A stretch of 64,000 nt of DNA from Eukaryota sp. TZLM1-RC (Eukaryota > Protista > Metamonada: BaSk clade): the NCBI GenBank assembly GCA_040285825.1, contig JAUPSS010000004.1:4741784-4805783 (forward strand), in the 5' to 3' direction. The notes under the pieces were generated by a model, which worked only from the letters and a program-made list of their open reading frames with translations, did not search any database and had not been told where the DNA came from. The stretch's first letter is position 1; every line of letters starts with the position of its first letter. The translations under genes were made by a program, and so were the position numbers. Of this stretch, positions 59,035 through 64,000 are shown piece by piece.

Positions 59035-59760
59035 AAACGTTCAACAATAGTGAAGGAATAAAAGATATTAAAATAATTAATTAGTTTAGTATAAAATGCG
59101 AACTTTGTGGGGTTTTTGTACAAAGGTTATTACGAAGGTTACGAATTTTATTGAGAACTTTTATATTAATGTGATAACAAAATATAATGTAAAACATACA
59201 TAAAATCAAAAATTAAAGATATCAGTTAATTTGATATGTTGGTAATAATAACATAAATAATATTTTGGTTTTATTAATACAATGAACAATGGTATATAGT
59301 ACACGGTATCAGACCATCTTTATGAAGGTGCATAATTCAAATAAAAAGTATTACCTCCACCACTGATGAATAACAAAGACTTACCGTTGAGAAGAAGAGA
59401 TTTCCCTTGAAGACTCAAAAGTTTCCGTTGATAGAAACCAATTGACTTGGCAACATATGAAGGGAAAAAATAATCCTTTCATATGTTCGTCAGAGAAGTA
59501 TGTTTCTGTTGCAAATATATTGGCAAGACAAATTTGAAAAAAGAAGAATCCTATTTTGCAATCCAAAATTGTATTTTAAAAAATTGTACAAAAAATCAAA
59601 AACAAATAAAAATTGACCAAATAAATAATTACACAATTTGGCACTTTCATCAAAAATGTAATTTCTTGTAATTGGCAACAGCCTCTCATTGGCTGTTTCA
59701 TTCACAGCGCAGGACAAGCAGTTGAATTCGTCAGCATGTGAGATCCAAAATTTCAAAAAA

Positions 59761-59834
59761 TGTTTCCGCCGAGACTCGAACTCGGGACCATCTGTGTGTT
59801 AGACAGATATCCTAACCAACTAGACCACAGAAAC
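59761..59834 (-). tRNA. tRNA-Val(AAC)
   Basis: GTTTCTG/CGGAAAC acceptor, TCTGT-CTAACAC-ACAGA anticodon arm, T-run downstream. Confidence 0.95.
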
Positions 59835-61852
59835 TGAGCACTGTTTTCCTTCACCTGGTCATTGTCTCACATTATTTTACATTAGTATGGCAACATCGAA
59901 ATTGTGATATTACTTTTTCGAAATTTTCTTTCAATAAGAGAAATTTGTTGACTTAAAGTTTTAGTTTTTTCATCCATTAAATTGTTGTTTAGTCGTATGT
60001 CGACATTCTGTGTTCTATAACCAGTTCACAATCACATTGTCTGCATGATGTGGACGCAGGCATTTCCTCTGTGAGTTTTCATTTACTGAGTATTAAAAAT
60101 TACATGAGAAGTACTCATAATTCAATGAGGAAGAGAAAAAGAATTGTCTGACCATCAGGTCATTTTTGTCGTAAAAATTTGAAAATGACTATTAAGACAA
60201 AAGAGAAAACGGTAATTACCCCATCTATACAACGTACACCAATTGAAAGCTGGTTTTTGACACAATATTTTCAGTTGCATCTGACAGTGGCACAGTTGAA
60301 TCGAAATATATATGTATTAGGGGAGATGAATTATATAGATGTTGACTAATATGTTGTTCAACAAACATATACATTTAAACAACTAATATACCGCTTTCCA
60401 ACCACGTTTAGAATAAACAACAATGATTCAACATTAGAACAACAGTTACAAGTAAAACTGAAATATGGGGATGCAACCGTTGTACCATCAATGACAGAGG
60501 TTCTAAATTGAATAATGTTGTATTAAACTCAAAAAATATGAACGTTGATCACCATTGGTTCCCCATGCTGCATGATCTACCTCCAAGACCTTTTCTGTTT
60601 GCGATCAATTTTTTCTTAAATGTATAACCTGCTGCTGATAACTTTTACCTATGAAATATGTGTCAGAAGATGCCTGATAGATAGGAACTAGTGTCTCAAG
60701 TGTGCTAATTATGTCAACCTGAACCAGCCACATGATGCCACGTTGTATGCAGTTTTCAAAAGCTTTTTTGGTTGAATCATTTCCTTTTGATGTTTCTGCA
60801 AAAGGAATAAGTTGTGGTAGCTGCATTGGAAAAATTCTTCGTTTAATGGTCTAAGATAAAAAGGTTTATTTTGCCAAAGAATCTCGTATACTGTTGTCTG
60901 ATGAAATAGAATGAAATCAATGTTATGGACAGCAACTTAAATGTGTTGCAAGTTCAGTATTTAACGCTTATTGTTGATAAAAAAAGAAGTTGTTGTTTTT
61001 AGTTATTGATTAAACGTATTTTATATACATCTCATGTGAAAGGCAAAAGTTTTGATTTCAAGTAATTTGTCTTACTTTTTTTTAGTTTACTGTCCCTAGG
61101 TCGTTGACGAGATGATGTCAAATATTGACATCATGATTTCAGGACGCATCAACATTCAACAAAAGGAAACTGTAAACAATATTACACAAGATCCTCTCCT
61201 TTCAAAACCTCTTTCAGAAGACCACTGATGAAACAGACTTTCAGTGCCGGATTCCTTTTGGATAGTATTTAAGTTAAGCAATCAATCCTGAGGTGGTGAA
61301 TAATCATCAAGGCTGCTCATAGCCTACCCGAATGTAACAGTGCTCAAGTGTTTAAGATGCGTATGTAGAACGTCAAAAATTAGAAAAATGGAGAGATGGT
61401 CAAAGCACAATATTGGAACAGCAATTAGACGATTTGTTTGAATAAAGTGCATGTATTTCCAATAAAGAAAATGCATCAAGAGTACATCTTGTAATGTAGA
61501 AGGGATTTTGAGATAATGGCTCTATTTCGCACTTGACAGTATCTATGGACGGAATAACCATAGCAAAAATTGAATCATATAACAGTAAATCTAAATATTG
61601 TAAATTGTAATTGTAAATAGAACAAATTGCATTAACCAATTGCACAAATAATAAATAAAAAAAGGTTTATGGAAACAGAATTGGTAAAATACAAAGTTAA
61701 GTGCAAAAACATAAATGATCCACTTTAGAAAGAAAATGAAAATGCTTTGACAATAGGTAAAATCAATTAATGAAACATTACATAACATAACAATCAACTT
61801 TGAGAAGATTGAATGTAGTGAATAGCGAATTATTTAATTCATTACACTAACG

Positions 61853-63927
61853 TCATGTTTTTATTGAATTCAAAATATTCGAAGCCTCATTGCACAATTC
61901 AAATTCACTCAATTTACCAATCACATAATCATAAACGTCATCCAATTGACTTTCCTTGACTAGTTTTCGGTTAGAAAACATTGCCTTGAAGAAATCTACA
62001 GTCATTACTTGAACTTTATGACTATTGGAATTCAAATAAAAAGAAAGTAATTCGCGATAATTGACTGATGAAAAGAGTGATGTAGAATCAGGATTAACGA
62101 CGATGCATCGCAAAATTAAAAAAATTGGACTGACACTTGCCACATCATCAGAAGAGCTCATACAATCAGAAATGATAGAGATTAAACAAGGAATAAACCC
62201 TGAAAATTTGAATAATTGAAAAATTAAATTCTGATCCTGAGCAATGAGAGCTAGACAAGTCAAAATTTTCGATTCAACTGACGTTGGAATTATGGATTTC
62301 TTATTAATTCTTTTCTTGTGACAGTCAAGCTCAACCATAACAAAATTAACCAAAATTTTAATAACAGAATTCTTGACAATCAAATTTCTCGCTTTCGACA
62401 CAACTAAACAATTGGAAAAAATGGTCCACAAAAGAGGATTATCCAAAAACACTTGATTTCCATTAATTAATTCTGCTGTTAGTTCAACAAAAAAGGATTC
62501 AAAATTTACCAATGAAGTGGCAATTGATTGAAATTGTGAAAGAAAGACCAAACAGTTAAGACAATTTCGTTGAAAATCTTCAATATAAATTCCCCGGGTC
62601 ACTATTTTTAAAAATTTTCCACGCTGTTCAGAATTCAATGATAACCAACATTCAATGCTTGTAAAATTAACAAAAGACAACAAATTTAAAACAGAATTAA
62701 ACAAATTTGTATCTATGGTGTCACCATTGCCAAAAGAAATAACCATTTTGTTGAACAAGGAGAAAATAAAGCAAATGAAAAGATCAGAAAAAGAAAGACA
62801 CTCGTTGACTATTCGAGAATCTGAAAATTTGATAAAGATATTGGAAATTGAGCAAACTAAATGCGGGTTATTTGTAGATAAACTTTCTGGTAATAAGCGC
62901 GATAATTGCCCAAGTAGCTCGGCCGAAAGGTCAAAGTGATGACGATTTTCAAGCAACTTCCACAGAAAACAAACTAAAGCAGACTGAAGCTCAGAATCAA
63001 TATTCAAAATACCAAAACTGATTGAATCAATCAAAAATGATGGAATTTCGTCGTCTTTGATTGAGTAAATGATGGGGACTAAAGACCCAAAAATGGAATC
63101 TACGTGAAACTTAGAAAACTCGAAATCTGAATTTAATATATTGTTCAAAATAGAATGAATGAAATGAAAATTGAAATTGAAATTGATAATGCTGGGCTTG
63201 AATGAACAATATTGAAGAATCAAGGGTAGTAATTTTGGATACTTATTTGAAATAATGGAAAAAACATTAATTAAATCAAATGAATACAATCGATCCGAGA
63301 AATGATAACAATTATTGATTAAAAAAATTAAAGATTTTGCATATTCAAGCGACTCATTTAGTATAAAATGTTCAAAATATTCAGACGTCACCCATTCAAT
63401 GAGATTGGTCGAAAATTTTGACACTATTGATGGAATAAATCTGTAAAATTTGCTAAAAGTGTTGATCTTACAGGAAAACAGGATAGAATTTAATAGTCTC
63501 GATAAAGAAATATTAAAAGAAACTATGTTATTTTTGTTTGGAAAACAAAAAAAGAACTAACCTCTAGACAAAAATCAACAATTTTTTCATAATCATCGAT
63601 TAAAAAAGATTGGTTTTGGTTGATTATAAGAGATAGACAATCAATGAATCGAGGACAAAGGGTCAGAATACGATGATTTCCGATAAAATCCAAAGACTTT
63701 AACTGAAGAAGATCATAAAGACGACCATTTTTAATCCCAGATAGAAAAACAAACAATAACTCACCAAAATTATTTAAATTTTCCAAACTTTTTTCCAAAA
63801 GATAAGAAGTGTTGAAAAGACATAAAATAGAAATGCAATCATCATTTGACATTGATACATGAAACTCTGATGACAGTTTGATTGGGGGTTGGGTTGATTT
63901 TTCGACAGATTGAGCTTTGCTATTCAA
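61853..63927 (-). CDS. Large helical (ARM/HEAT-like) hypothetical protein; exon structure near 63425-63560 unresolved, probably continues past the window
   Basis: 523 aa and 134 aa ORFs on the same strand with an amphipathic Leu/Ile-rich pattern. Confidence 0.55.
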
Positions 63928-64000
63928 TATTTGGGATGGACGATGTAAAAAATCAATTAAATTTGATAGTAATTGAGTAGTGATTAGCTCAAAATCAACA

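Overview
Gene-dense, AT-rich eukaryotic DNA, probably from a compact protist genome; the lineage cannot be fixed from sequence alone. Host genes are tightly packed and several carry 27-37 nt GT-AG introns. They include condensin kleisin CAP-H, UCH-L3, RPA43, a villin/gelsolin-like protein, a TmcB/C-like membrane protein, a stand-alone Pol theta/nu-like A-family polymerase, RPL27, SNF8, WRNIP1/MGS1, RSL1D1, RPS11 and three tRNAs. Mobile DNA fills the gaps: (i) about ten copies of one young CRE-like (RT + restriction-like endonuclease) non-LTR family, 'CRE-A', roughly 12 kb in total, plus relics of an older group, 'CRE-B'; (ii) two Ty3/gypsy elements and a solo LTR, all three inserted in CRE-A copies, with very short TGTT...TCA LTRs and, in the two full elements, a shared non-tRNA-like motif at the primer-binding position; (iii) three decayed Fanzor1 (eukaryotic TnpB) loci from two families, each followed by a strongly foldable putative omega-RNA with a similar multibranch layout. 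The most interesting signal is this Fanzor/omega-RNA set. The predicted guide positions fall on the CRE-A 3' terminus and on the short upstream regions of two host genes. All calls come from reading motifs by eye; no searches or folding programs were run.
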